DNA from: Eledone cirrhosa
Taxonomy: Eukaryota
DNA: 64,000 bases
Direction: 5' to 3'
NCBI GenBank assembly: GCA_964016885.1
Contig: OZ024742.1
Location: forward strand, 366,482,001-366,546,000
In this document: positions 12,921 through 26,000 of the stretch, piece after piece
Numbering within the stretch: the first letter of the stretch is position 1
Layout of the letters: each line of letters begins with the position of its first letter
The notes under the pieces: model-generated
Told to the model about the DNA's origin: nothing
Database searches by the model: none
Seen by the model: the letters and a program-made list of their open reading frames with translations, nothing else
Translations under genes and position numbers: made by a program

Positions 12921-13309
12921 TATTGATATATTGAAGGTAGATATGAAAAGTAAAAGAGTGTTGTCATATAGAGAGTGAAGAGAGACAGAGATTAAAGCAG
13001 TTAAATTATAGAGAGGGTGAAAGAGGGAGAGAGAGAGAGAGACGACGCTCAGCTTTAAAATATTTGAAAGTGAAGAACGACAGAGAGAATAAAGCAGTTA
13101 AATTATAGGGAGGGGGAATGATTTATTATAGAGAGAGGGAAGAGCGACGGAGAGAGCAAAGCTAAGAAACAATAGGGAGGTGTGTAGGATACATACATAA
13201 TACACACGACACTCAGCTTTATAATATTATAGATTATCATTTCACATGTAAGTGGCACTGCGCAGGCTTTCTTGAGAAGACGAATGTCACAGTTTTCGCA
13301 GAACTGATT

Positions 13310-13550
13310 TTCATTCCAGCCAGCAAAGAATTGTTGGACAGATTTTACGGGCAAAACCAACCGGCACGTGACCCAGAGGTAGACCCCGTAGAAGATGGTT
13401 CGAGAACATCTATGAGCTTGGATGGTCTCACTTAGGGATGCAGCCGGATCAATTGGAGATTGTTGCTTCTGACAGGACCCGCTGGCAGGAGTGTTTGAGA
13501 TCTCTGCCCCACGACCGTCTCAGGAATAAGTGAGTGAAGAAGAAGAAGAA
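13310..13550 (+). mobile_element. RTE-clade LINE 3' fragment with (GAA)n tail
   Basis: Translates QILRAKPTG*PRGRPRRRWFENI..LG......VASDRTRWQECL, a typical RTE C-terminus; homologous to 46690-47010. Confidence 0.8.
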
Positions 13551-13799
13551 ATGATCACTTCATAAGTGAAGTTATAAGAAAAATAATTTTGGAAGATATT
13601 AAAAGGTTAAAAATTATGGAAGCATTAAAGAGTAATGAAATATCTCTTTAAATAAAATATATGTTTAGAGGCTTAAATAATTTCACTGACTAAATTATAT
13701 AAGTACAAGGGATGAGAAATTCTCAGGAGAACTGGATAGCATAAGGTCACCAGAGAAGGAACACATTTCAAGGGAGTGTTTCGCCCTTAAACATCTTAC

Positions 13800-13958
<159 letters not shown>

Positions 13959-14009
13959 TCCAAAACGATGAACACAGAAATGTACAATTATTTTCAATGT
14001 TATTATTTT

Positions 14010-14200
14010 TATATTTGTTGGAAAGGAGGTTTCAACGTATCGGGCGATATTTCTTCATCAGGAAAGAAAAAAGAATAGAGTTTGGAGAAGAAGGAGATTT
14101 GAAGGAAATATGTTTCATCGGGCTGGATGAAGAGGGTGAGCAAGTTGTCCGGGGTACCAGCGTTGGTGTGGGGTATCTAGTTCTAATATTCCTACTGTGT
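14010..14200 (-). mobile_element. Decayed Penelope-like 3' end with hammerhead core motifs
   Basis: Minus strand CTGATGA (14061-14055) ... GAAAC (14033-14029); stems I and III are not intact. Confidence 0.35.
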
Positions 14201-14808
14201 GTGAAACTGAGGTGTATTTTGTGAGTGTGTTATATATTTTCGTTTGTAGCAGTGTGTACGTGTGGTTATGTGTGTTAGTGGTACATAACTATTGTGAGGG
14301 TGTTTCTGTGTATTGCCAAAGGAAGTGTGTGTGTGTGTGTGCAACTATAAGTATATATATATTATATGTATGTGTATGCGTTTTTAAGTATATATATGTG
14401 TGTGTGTGTATGTATGTGTGTAATCCCCACGCTACCCTCTCACCAACTTGCCACAGTAGATCAGTGTACGACGAAATAGAGACTAGATACAATTATTATG
14501 TACAATTCATTCGTTCTGTTGGCAATATTCCCACCTCAGGCCTCTTCATAGATATATTCTTAAACCTCTATTTTCTCGGCTACACTCCTCATTTGCATAA
14601 CTGGCTTTTCTAGAGTAACGGAAAAAACACACTTGAATACAGCGTGGCTTTATATATATATATATGTATATATATATATGTATATGTATATATATATGTA
14701 TATATATATATATATATATATAAATGTGTGCGTTTGTGTGTGGTGTTTCAAAGTATAGTTATATATTATGCATATGCATTTATATGTATGTGTGTGTGCG
14801 TGCTTGTA

Positions 14809-14875
<67 letters not shown>

Positions 14876-15510
14876 CATTTATATATATCTGTACATACAT
14901 ATTTAACATATTTCCGTTCCGTTATCAACAGTTTTTGGTGACATGCCATCACATCAGAGAGAAACTTGAGTTTGACCATTCTTCCCTATTGATTTAACAT
15001 TTCTCTACTAAATTTCCGCTCCTTGCTCTCTTATAAGTCTAGTCACTCTACTATCTATATACAAGCCACGAGGAGTCTTTACAAGGCTTTCTGCCAGCAA
15101 TTTTCCATTTACCCCTTTCCTTTTTAACAATAACAGTCTTGAGATCCTACAAAATTGTTCACTTGACTTTATGACATTGGTGGTATATATAGCTGTGTGG
15201 TTAAACAGCCTTTTCGAATTCTTTTAGATACCAGTTCGATCTTATTGAGGCGAACTCTGAACATTTATCATTTTTTTCCTTTTTTAACTACCAATTCGAT
15301 CTGACCAATGCCTTCTAAATCAAACTTCGTAGTCAGAATCTATGTGGAAGTCTGTCAACTATGAAGGAGTGTATTATAATGTTTATATAGATGTGTGTCA
15401 ACTGATGTCCCCCTTGAGGCAGAATTTAAGAGCCTCCAAGGACTTAAGGTTTAAGTACCCTGCGTTTGTCACCTCTGATATAAGCAGTGTAGTGTTGTTC
15501 AGAATTACTT

Positions 15511-15650
15511 TCAGGGATTTCGGTAGAATTAGTCAACTTTGAATATCAGGGATTTCGGTAGAATTAGTCAACTTTGAATATCAGGGATTTCGGTAGAATT
15601 AGTCAACTTTGAATATCTCATGGAATTTAGTAGAACTGTTAACTTTCAAT
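15511..15650. repeat. 35-bp tandem repeat, ~3-4 copies
   Basis: CAGGGATTTCGGTAGAATTAGTCAACTTTGAATAT at 15512, 15547 and 15582. Confidence 0.9.
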
Positions 15651-16318
15651 ATCTGCGTTGCATGCGATAAACATTGCAGGAATCTTACCTTTAAATAACG
15701 ACTGCCTTTATACATAGAAGCCATGTTTGTAACGTCGGTGTAGTATGAAAGAGTGGTTAAGATGTCCCCTTCAGAAACAATAAGCCCTGGGATCGATCCT
15801 ATTGTGTGATATGTTGAGCAGTTATAATTTACAACAGTCAAGGGTTGACTGAAGCCCAGTGAGTGGAAATTGATAAACAGAAACTGTTTAGAAGCTTATT
15901 GAATGGTCTGTGGCCAGCCTTGCCACACTGTGTCATGTTGAATTTCATTAAGAACTACATAAACGTCTACGTTTTTATGTAACGCTCAGTCAATTCTACG
16001 TTCATTCACGAGCAGGCTGTTCGATCGATCAACAGGAAGACTCATCATCAAAACTAACATAGTTCATTCTTTGTATTTACTATGTGAATATCATAATGTT
16101 TAATATCACAAAGGCGAGATTTTCTTGGCAATCTTTGCTACCGATTTTCTCCATCAACGTTTGCCTTTATTGAAATTTGGTTAGCAAGGTAAATGAGCCT
16201 TAGCCCTTTCTCCAGAGTGAGATTGTTTAATGTAATTATTAGATCACGTATGTGAATAATGGACGTGGGTTACATGAATACACTTAAATACATTGGCTTT
16301 GGTTGTATTCAATTTCAG

Positions 16319-16362
16319 GCCTAATTTCCCAGAAATATCTGCACAAAGGAATTCAAGAGAGG
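16319..16362 (+). other. Candidate 44-bp host exon
   Basis: TTTCAG acceptor and GG|GTATGT donor in unique sequence, with two frames open. No homology recognised. Confidence 0.25.
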
Positions 16363-17016
16363 GTATGTAGATCTACTACAAAGATTGCAGACATAACTGA
16401 ATCATCAATACACAGCATATATTGGGATTTCGAACTTGATATTTAGTTATTGGAGATTAAAGGGAAACTTCTTACTATTCTCTCTAATTTATTCTATCCC
16501 GTAACACAGAAGAACTCCATTATCTTACGAGGAAGGAAAAAGGCCCTTAATTACTTGTATAAGCGTAATGGTTGGTACCGTCGTTAGACGTGAACTTGGC
16601 GGGACCCATCCTACTCCAGGTCGACACACAACCGATTTCTTCTAGGGAAGAGGCAACAAAGAAAGGGAGGGGAGAAAGACAGAGATATACAATGTAATAG
16701 AGAAACTGAGGAAGAATTTACCGGGGTACTGGACTGGTATTTTATTTGTCGACCTCAAAAGGGTGAAAGTGGAATTTTAACAGAACAGTGGGCCAAAACA
16801 AATACCGAGGTATTTAATACAATACCCTAATTTACCACTGTTATCTGATATAAGGTACACGTGTCTGTGGACTATTCAGTTACTTACACATTAATTTACA
16901 AGATGGCTTTTGATCAAACACCTAAAACACCCATCGTCACCAACGACGAAGATCCATTCTTTTCAAGTGTTTGTTATGTATGATTGAGTTTAATATCATG
17001 AAGGTGAAGTTGGTTA

Positions 17017-18270
17017 TCATAGGAGACTGTAACATAAGGTTTGATATGACAGAGGTGAAGAATCATAGGAGACTGTATCATAAGGTTTGATATGACAGAG
17101 GTGAAGAATCATAGGAGACTGTAACATAAGGTTTGATATGACAGAGGTGAAGAATCATAGGAGACTGTATCATAAGGTTTGATATGACAGAGGTGAAGAA
17201 TCATAGGAGACTGTATCATAAGGTTTGATATGACAGAGGTGAAGAATCATAGGAGACTGTATCATAAGGTTTGATATGACAGAGGTGAAGAATCATAGGA
17301 GGCTGTATCATAAGGTTTGATATGACAGAGGTGAAGAATCATAGGAGACTGTATCATAAGGTTTGATATGACAGAGGTGAAGAATCATAGGAGACTGTAT
17401 CATAAGGTTTGATATGACAGAGGTGAAGAATCATAGGAGACTGTATCATAAGGTTTGATATGACAGAGGTGAAGAATCATAGGAGGCTGTATCATAAGGT
17501 TTGATATGACAGAGGTGAAGAATCATAGGAGACTGTATCATAAGGTTTGATATGACAGAGGTGAAGAATCATAGGAGGCTGTATCATAAGGTTTGATATG
17601 ACAGAGGTGAAGAATCATAGGAGGCTGTATCATAAGGTTTGATATGACAGAGGTGAAGAATCATAGGAGGCTGTATCATAAGGTTTGATATGACAGAGGT
17701 GAAGAATCATAGGAGACTGTATCATAAGGTTTGATATGACAGAGGTGAAGAATCATAGGAGGCTGTATCATAAGGTTTGATATGACAGAGGTGAAGAATC
17801 ATAGGAGTCTGTATCATAAGGTTTGATATGACAGAGGTGAAGAATCATAGGAGGCTGTATCATAAGGTTTGATATGACAGAGGTGAAGAATCATAGGAGA
17901 CTGTATCATAAGGTTTGATATGACAGAGGTGAAGAATCATAGGAGGCTGTATCATAAGGTTTGATATGACAGAGGTGAAGAATCATAGGAGGCTGTATCA
18001 TAAGGTTTGATATGACAGAGGTGAAGAATCATAGGAGGCTGTATCATAAGGTTTGATATGACAGAGGTGAAGAATCATAGGAGACTGTATCATAAGGTTT
18101 GATATGACAGAGGTGAAGAATCATAGGAGGCTGTATCATAAGGTTTGATATGACAGAGGTGAAGAATCATAGGAGTCTGTATCATAAGGTTTGATATGAC
18201 AGAGGTGAAGAATCATAGGAGACTGTATCATAAGGTTTGATATGACAGAGGTGAAGAATCATAGGAGACT
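17017..18270. repeat. 46-bp minisatellite, ~27 highly homogeneous copies
   Basis: Unit ATCATAGGAG(A/G/T)CTGTATCATAAGGTTTGATATGACAGAGGTGAAGA, period 46. Confidence 0.97.
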
Positions 18271-18419
18271 TTATAGAATTAAAGCCATAATCCAGGTTTA
18301 CCTCAACAAAGAAGCCTTATTAAATAACGAAGGGTTGGTTGGATTGACAGAACTGTTTGAGCGCCGTGCTGACTACTTTGGTCTATTTAGATAAGACACT
18401 TTACATTCTTTTGGAAATA

Positions 18420-18699
18420 TGTTTTCACGCTCAGAGTTGCTGAAGCATGGAACAAACTACCTGCATCAGTTGTTAGCTGCTGGGACACTGCATCCTTTAA
18501 AACCACCATGCTTCCTGAGATTCGCCAATACTACACCTAATATTCACCCTCCATACACACACATGTATATCATGACTCATACACTATTCAGTTCCCTGAC
18601 ATTTGTATATTATTCTATGTACTATACATGCACCTTTGACGAGTTGTAGTGCACCTGAGTACTGTACACAATAATTTCATTATTATTATTATTATTATT
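18420..18699 (+). mobile_element. CR1/L2-type LINE 3' end with (ATT)n tail
   Basis: FTLRVAEAWNKLPASVV....TASFK matches the canonical CR1 ORF2 C-terminal motif (F..RV...WN.LP..VV); a 3' UTR and (ATT)n follow. Confidence 0.8.
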
Positions 18700-18949
18700 C
18701 TGAGTTCAAACCCAACCAAAGTCAACTCTATCTTTCATCCTTCCGAAATCGATAAGATAAATAACATATATACCAATCAAACACAAGTGTCAATTTAATA
18801 GACGTTCCTTTATTTACAATTATTGAGGGTTTTTTTCTGGTATATGAGACTGTAACTGTCGCAGGTTGTCATTTGTCTGATCAAGACTAGGGATCAGTGA
18901 TCAGTGACAGGGCCCACCGCGAGGAGTTCGACAGTATGGGTCAATGTTA

Positions 18950-19262
18950 ACGAATGTACCATATGTTTGAATAATGAAACAACCTGCTTGTGAAATTATC
19001 TTGGAAGTAGCTGAGCATTTCACTGGCACGTGTATCCTTAACGGAATGCTCAGAGAGATTCAGCGTAATACATTATGTGTGACAATACTCCCTTCTTTCA
19101 ACCATAAGTACAATTCTCTGGGGGTTTTTCTCCAGCTGTGTAGACTGGAGCAACGTGAAATAGTTTGAGTAAGACGACAACTTCCCACCCGGATCGAGAA
19201 TCGAACTCCTGGCCTTGCGATCATGAGCCGAAAACTCTAACCATAGGCCAAGCCTCTTCACG
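18950..19262 (-). mobile_element. tRNA-derived SINE
   Basis: Minus strand GTGAAGAGGCTTGGCCTATGGTTAGAG (A box) ... GGAGTTCGATTCT (B box). Confidence 0.7.
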
Positions 19263-20090
19263 TATGTTTACACACTTACATACATTCATATAGAAAGATA
19301 CACATACACACACATACTTACACACATACATGCATGTATAGGGGCATACATACATGAATACATATATTCATACAAGCATGCATACGTAGATACATGCATG
19401 CTTACATACACACATTAGTGTATACGTACGTACATGCATACATGTATGCATACATACTTGTTTACGTAAGGACATGCATACATGTATGGTGGCTGCCAAC
19501 TCGTTTTCGAGTACGGCCACTACTTTATATCCATGTAGGAGAACCCCTACCAATGCGCTGAACGTATGTGACATTTTAGTCCAGCCAGCGACTTGTAAAC
19601 TCTGGTACAAACACTACACTTGTGACAATTATTGACACATAGTGCTGGGCCCATGGTACCATGTGACGACAAGTGTAGAGAGATCTCCAGATATAAAGCA
19701 ATGCCTGTGCCGTGAAGCTTTTATAGTGAGCAAAGGCACTGCACAAAGCCAGTCCCACTCTCTTAACCAAGATGATATTTACCAAAAAGAAGAACAACTC
19801 AACATCATTGGATACCATCAGGGTTGCAGGTGTTATATAAGAGTTTTCCTTCTCCTAGAATTCTGCCTTGACAAAGGCTAAGGGGTCATCTCTCATACAT
19901 ACATACATACATACATACATACATACATACATGCATACACGTATAAATACGTTGAAACGTACGTACATGTACAAATACACTACGAATGTTACTATTAATA
20001 CAGAAGATTATATTAGTGTTGTGGTTGCTACTGGTGGTGGTGGTGCTGCAGGAGGTGATGCTGCTGTTACTGCAGGTGGTGAGGCTGTTA

Positions 20091-23000
20091 CTGTAGCTAG
20101 TGTTCACTCTACAGGAGCTGTAGCTAGTGTTGACTCTACAGGAGCTGTAGCTAGTGTTCACTCTACAGGAGCTGTAGCTAGTGTTCACTCTACAGGCGAT
20201 GTAGCTAGTGTTCACCCTACAGGTGCTGTAGCAAGTGTTCACTCTACAGTTGCTGTAGCAAGTGTTCACTCTACAGGAGCTGTAGCTAGTGTTCACTCTA
20301 CAGGTGCTGTAGCTAGTGTTCACTCTACAGGAGCTGTAGCTAGTGTTGACTCTACAGGAGCTGTAGCTAGTGTTCACTCTACAGGTGCTGTAGCTAGTGT
20401 TCACTCTACAGGTGCTGTAGCTAGTGTTCACTCTACAGGTGCTGTAGCTAGTGTTCACTCTACAGGTGCTGTAGCTAGTGTTCACTCTACAGGTGCTGTA
20501 GCTAGTGTTCTCTCTACAGGTGCTGTAGCTAGTGTTCACTCTACAGTCGCTGTAGCTAGTGTTCACTCTACTGGTGCTGTAGCTAGTGTTCTCTCTACAG
20601 GCGCTGTAGCTAGTGTTCACTATACAGGTGCTGTAGCTAGTGTTCACTCTACAGTCGCTGTATCTAGTGTTCACTCTACAGGTGCTGTAGCTAGTGTTCA
20701 CTCTACAGGTGCTGTAGCTAGTGTTCACTATACAGGAGCTGTAGCTAGTGTTCACTCTACAGTTGCTGTAGCTAGTGTTCACTCTACAGGTGCTGTAGCT
20801 AGTGTTCACTCTACAGGAGCTGTAGCTAGTGTTCACTCTACAGGAGCTGTAGCTAGTGTTCACTCTACAGGTGCTGTAGATAGTGTTCACTCTACAGTCG
20901 CTGTAGCTAGTGTTCACTCTACAGTCGCTGTAGCTAGTGTTCACTCTACAGGTGCTGTAGCTAGTGTTCTCTCTACAGGCGCTGTAGCTAGTGTTCACTA
21001 TACAGGTGCTGTAGCTAGTGTTCACTCTACAGTCGCTGTAGCTAGTGTTCACTCTACTGGTGCTGTAGCTAGTGTTCACTCTACAGTCGCTGTAGCTAGT
21101 GTTCACTCTACTGGTGCTGTAGCTAGTGTTCACTATACAGGAGCTGTAGCTAGTGTTCACTCTACAGTCGCTGTAGCTAGTGTTCACTATACAGGTGCTG
21201 TAGCTAGTGTTCACTCTACAGTCGCTGTAGCTAGTGTTCACTCTACTGGTGCTGTAGCTAGTGTTCACTATACAGGAGCTGTAGCTAGTGTTCACTCTAC
21301 AGTCGCTGTAGCTAGTGTTCACTCTACTGGTGCTGTAGCTAGTGTTGACTCTACAGGAGCTGTAGCTAGTGTTCACTCTACAGGAGCTGTAGCTAGTGTT
21401 CACTCTACAGGCGATGTAGCTAGTGTTCACCCTACAGGTGCTGTAGCAAGTGTTCACTCTACAGTTGCTGTAGCAAGTGTTCACTCTACAGGAGCTGTAG
21501 CTAGTGTTCACTCTACAGGTGCTGTAGCTAGTGTTCACTCTACAGGAGCTGTAGCTAGTGTTGACTCTACAGGAGCTGTAGCTAGTGTTCACTCTACAGG
21601 TGCTGTAGCTAGTGTTCACTCTACAGGTGCTGTAGCTAGTGTTCACTCTACAGGTGCTGTAGCTAGTGTTCACTCTACAGGTGCTGTAGCTAGTGTTCAC
21701 TCTACAGGTGCTGTAGCTAGTGTTCTCTCTACAGGTGCTGTAGCTAGTGTTCACTCTACAGTCGCTGTAGCTAGTGTTCACTCTACTGGTGCTGTAGCTA
21801 GTGTTCTCTCTACAGGCGCTGTAGCTAGTGTTCACTATACAGGTGCTGTAGCTAGTGTTCACTCTACAGTCGCTGTATCTAGTGTTCACTCTACAGGTGC
21901 TGTAGCTAGTGTTCACTCTACAGGTGCTGTAGCTAGTGTTCACTATACAGGAGCTGTAGCTAGTGTTCACTCTACAGTTGCTGTAGCTAGTGTTCACTCT
22001 ACAGGTGCTGTAGCTAGTGTTCACTCTACAGGAGCTGTAGCTAGTGTTCACTCTACAGGAGCTGTAGCTAGTGTTCACTCTACAGGTGCTGTAGATAGTG
22101 TTCACTCTACAGTCGCTGTAGCTAGTGTTCACTCTACAGTCGCTGTAGCTAGTGTTCACTCTACAGGTGCTGTAGCTAGTGTTCTCTCTACAGGCGCTGT
22201 AGCTAGTGTTCACTATACAGGTGCTGTAGCTAGTGTTCACTCTACAGTCGCTGTAGCTAGTGTTCACTCTACTGGTGCTGTAGCTAGTGTTCACTCTACA
22301 GTCGCTGTAGCTAGTGTTCACTCTACTGGTGCTGTAGCTAGTGTTCACTATACAGGAGCTGTAGCTAGTGTTCACTCTACAGTCGCTGTAGCTAGTGTTC
22401 ACTCTACTGGTGCTGTAGCTAGTGTTCACTCTACAGGTGCTGTAGATAGTGTTCACTCTACAGGTGCTGTAGCTAGTGTTCACTCTACAGGCGCTGTAGC
22501 TAGTGTTCACTCTACAGGTGCTGTAGATAGTGTTCACTCTACAGGTGCTGTAGCTAGTGTTCACTCTACAATTGCTGTAGCTAATGTTCACTCTACAGGA
22601 GCTGTAGCTAGTGTTCACTCTACAGGTGCTGTAGCTAGTGTTCACTCTACAGGTGCTGTAGCTAGTGTTCACTCTACGGGAGATGTAGCTAGTGTTCACT
22701 CTACGGGAGATGTAGCTAGTGTTCACTCTACAGGTGCTGTAGCTAATGTTCACTCTACAGGCGCTATAGCTAGTGTTCACTCTACAGGAGCTGTAGCTAG
22801 TGTTCACTCTACGGGAGATGTAGCTAGTGTTCACTCTACAGGTGCTGTAGCTAGTGTTCACTCTACAGGTGCTGTAGCTAGTGTTCACTCTACGGGAGAT
22901 GTAGATAGTGTTCACTCTACAGGTGCTGTAGATAGTGTTCACTCTACAGTCGCTGTAGCTAGTGTTCACTCTACAGGTGCTGTAGCTAGTGTTCACTCTA

Positions 23001-26000
23001 CAGGAGCTGTAGCTAGTGTTCACTCTACAGGTGCTGTAGCTAGTGTTCACTCTACAGGCGCTGTAGCTAGTGTTCACTCTACAGGCGCTGTAGCTAGTGT
23101 TCACTCTACAGGCGATGTAGCTAGTGTTCACTCTACAGGCGATGTAGATAGTGTTCACTCTACAGGTGCTGTAGATAGTGTTCACTCTACAGGTGCTGTA
23201 GCTAGTGTTCACTCTACAGGAGCTGTAGCTAGTGTTCACTCTACAGGAGCTGTAGATAGTGTTCACTCTACAGGTGCTGTAGATAGTGTTCACTCTACAG
23301 GCGCTGTAGCTAGTGTTCACTCTACAGGAGCTGTAGCTAGTGTTCACTATACAGGTGCTGTAGCTAGTGTTCACTCTACAGGCGCTGTAGCTAGTGTTCA
23401 CTCTACAGGTGCTGTAGCTAGTGTTCACTCTACAGGCGCTGTAGCTAGTGTTCACTCCACAGGAGCTGTAGCTAGTGTTCACTATACAGGTGCTGTAGCT
23501 TGTGTTCACTCTACAGGCGCTGTAGCTAGTGTTCACTATACAGGTGCTGTAGCTAGTGTTCACTCTACAGGCGCTGTAGCTAGTGTTCACTCTACAGGTG
23601 CTGTAGCTAATGTTCACTCTACAGGTGCTGTAGCTAGTGTTCACTCTACAGGCGCTGTAGCTAGTGTTCACTCTACAGGTGCTGTAGATAGTGTTCACTC
23701 TACAGGTGCTGTAGCTAGTGTTCACTCTACAGGTGCTGTAGATAGTGTTCACTCTACAGGTGCTGTAGCTAGTGTTCACTCTACAGGAGCTGTAGCTAGT
23801 GTTCACTCTACAGGAGCTGTAGCTAGTGTTCACTCTACAGGTGCTGTAGCTAGTGTTCACTCTACAGGTGCTGTAGCTAGTGTTCACTCTACAGGCGCTG
23901 TAGCTAGTGTTCACTCTACAGGTGATGTAGCTAGTGTTCACTCTATAGGTGCTGTAGCTAGTGTTCACTCTACAGGAGCTGTAGATAGTGTTCACTCTAC
24001 AGGTGCTGTAGCTAGTGTTCACTCTACAGGAGCTGTAGCTAGTGTTCACTCTACAGGTGCTGTAGCTAGTGTTCACTCTACAGGAGCTGTAGCTAGTGTT
24101 CACTCTACAGGAGCTGTAGATAGTGTTCACTCTACAGGTGCTGTAGATAGTGTTCACTCTACAGGTGCTGTAGATAGTGTTCACTCTACAGGCGCTGTAG
24201 CTAGTGTTCACTCTACAGGCGCTGTAGCTAGTGTTCACTCTACAGGATCTGTAGCTAGTGTTCACTCTACAGGTGCTGTAGCTAGTGTTCACTCTACAGG
24301 AGCTGTAGCTAGTGTTCACTCTACGGGAGATGTAGCTAGTGTTCACTCTACAGGTGCTGTAGCTAGTGTTCACTCTACAGGTGGTGTAGCAAGTGTTCAC
24401 CCTACAGGTGCTGTAGATAGTGTTCACTCTACAGGTGCTGTAGCTAGTGTTCACTCTACAGGTGCTGTAGATAGTGTTCACTCTACAGGTGCTGTAGATA
24501 GTGTTCACTCTACAGGTGCTGTAGCTAGTGTTCACTCTACAGGAGCTGTAGCTAGTGTTCACTCTACGGGAGCTGTAGCTAGTGTTCACTCTACAGGAGA
24601 TGTAGCTAGTGTTCACTCTACAGGTGCTGTAGATAGTGTTCACTCTACAGGTGCTGTAGATAGTGTTCACTCTACAGGTGCTGTAGCTAGTGTTCACTCT
24701 ACAGGAGCTGTAGCTAGTGTTCACTCTACGGGAGCTGTAGCTAGTGTTCACTCTACAGGCGATGTAGCTAGTGTTCACTCTACAGGTGCTGTAGATAGTC
24801 TTCACTCTACAGGTGCTGTAGCTAGTGTTCACTCTACAGGTGCTGTAGCTAGTGTTCACTCTACAGGAGCTGTAGCTAGTGTTCACTCTACAGGTGCTGT
24901 AGCTAGTGTTCACTCTACGGGAGATGTAGCTAGTGTTCACTCTACAGGAGCTGTAGCTAGTGTTCACTCTACGGGAGATGTAGCTAGTGTTCACTCTACA
25001 GGTGCTGTAGATAGTGTTCACTCTACAGGTGCTGTAGATAGTGTTCACTCTACAGGTGCTGTATCTAGTGTTCACTCTACAGTCGCTGTAGCTAGTGTTC
25101 ACTCTACAGGAGCTGTAGCTAGTGTTCACTCTACAGGTGCTGTAGCTAGTGTTCACTCTACAGGTGCTGTAGCTAGTGTTCACTCTACAGGTGCTGTAGC
25201 TAGTGTTCACTCTACAGTCGCTGTAGCTAGTGTTCACTCTACAGGTGCTGTAGCTAGTGTTCACTCTACAGGTGCTGTAGCTAGTGTTCACTCTACAAGT
25301 GCTGTAGCTAGTGTTCACTCTACAGGTGCTGTAGCTAGTGTTCACTCTACAGTCGCTGTAGCTAGTGTTCACTCTACAGTCGCTGTAGCTAGTGTTCACT
25401 CTACAGGTGCTGTAGCTAGTGTTCACTCTACAGGTGCTGTAGCTAGTGTTCACTCTACAGGTGCTGTAGCTAGTGTTCACTCTACAGGTGCTGTAGCTAG
25501 TGTTCACTCTACAGGCGCTGTAGCTAGTGTTCACTCTACAGGTGCTGTAGATAGTGTTCACTCTACAGGTGCTGTAGCTAGTGTTCACTCTACAGGTGCT
25601 GTAGCTAGTGTTCACTCTACAGGTGCTGTAGCTAGTGTTCACTCTACAGGTGCTGTAGCTAGTGTTCACTCTACAGGTGCTGTAGCTAGTGTTCATTCTA
25701 CAGGCGATGTAGCTAGTGTTCACTCTACAGGAGCTGTAGCTAGTGTTCACTCTACAGTTGCTGTAGCTAGTGTTCACTCTACAGTCGCTGTAGCTAGTGT
25801 TCACTCTAGAGTCGCTGTAGCTAGTGTTCACTCTACAGGCGATGTAGCTAGTGTTCACTCTACAGGCGCTGTAGCTAGTGTTCACTCTACAGGCGCTGTA
25901 GCTAGTGTTCACTCTACAGGCGATGTAGCTAGTGTTCACTCTACAGGAGCTGTAGCTAGTGTTCACTCTACAGGTGCTGTAGATAGTGTTCACTCTACAG

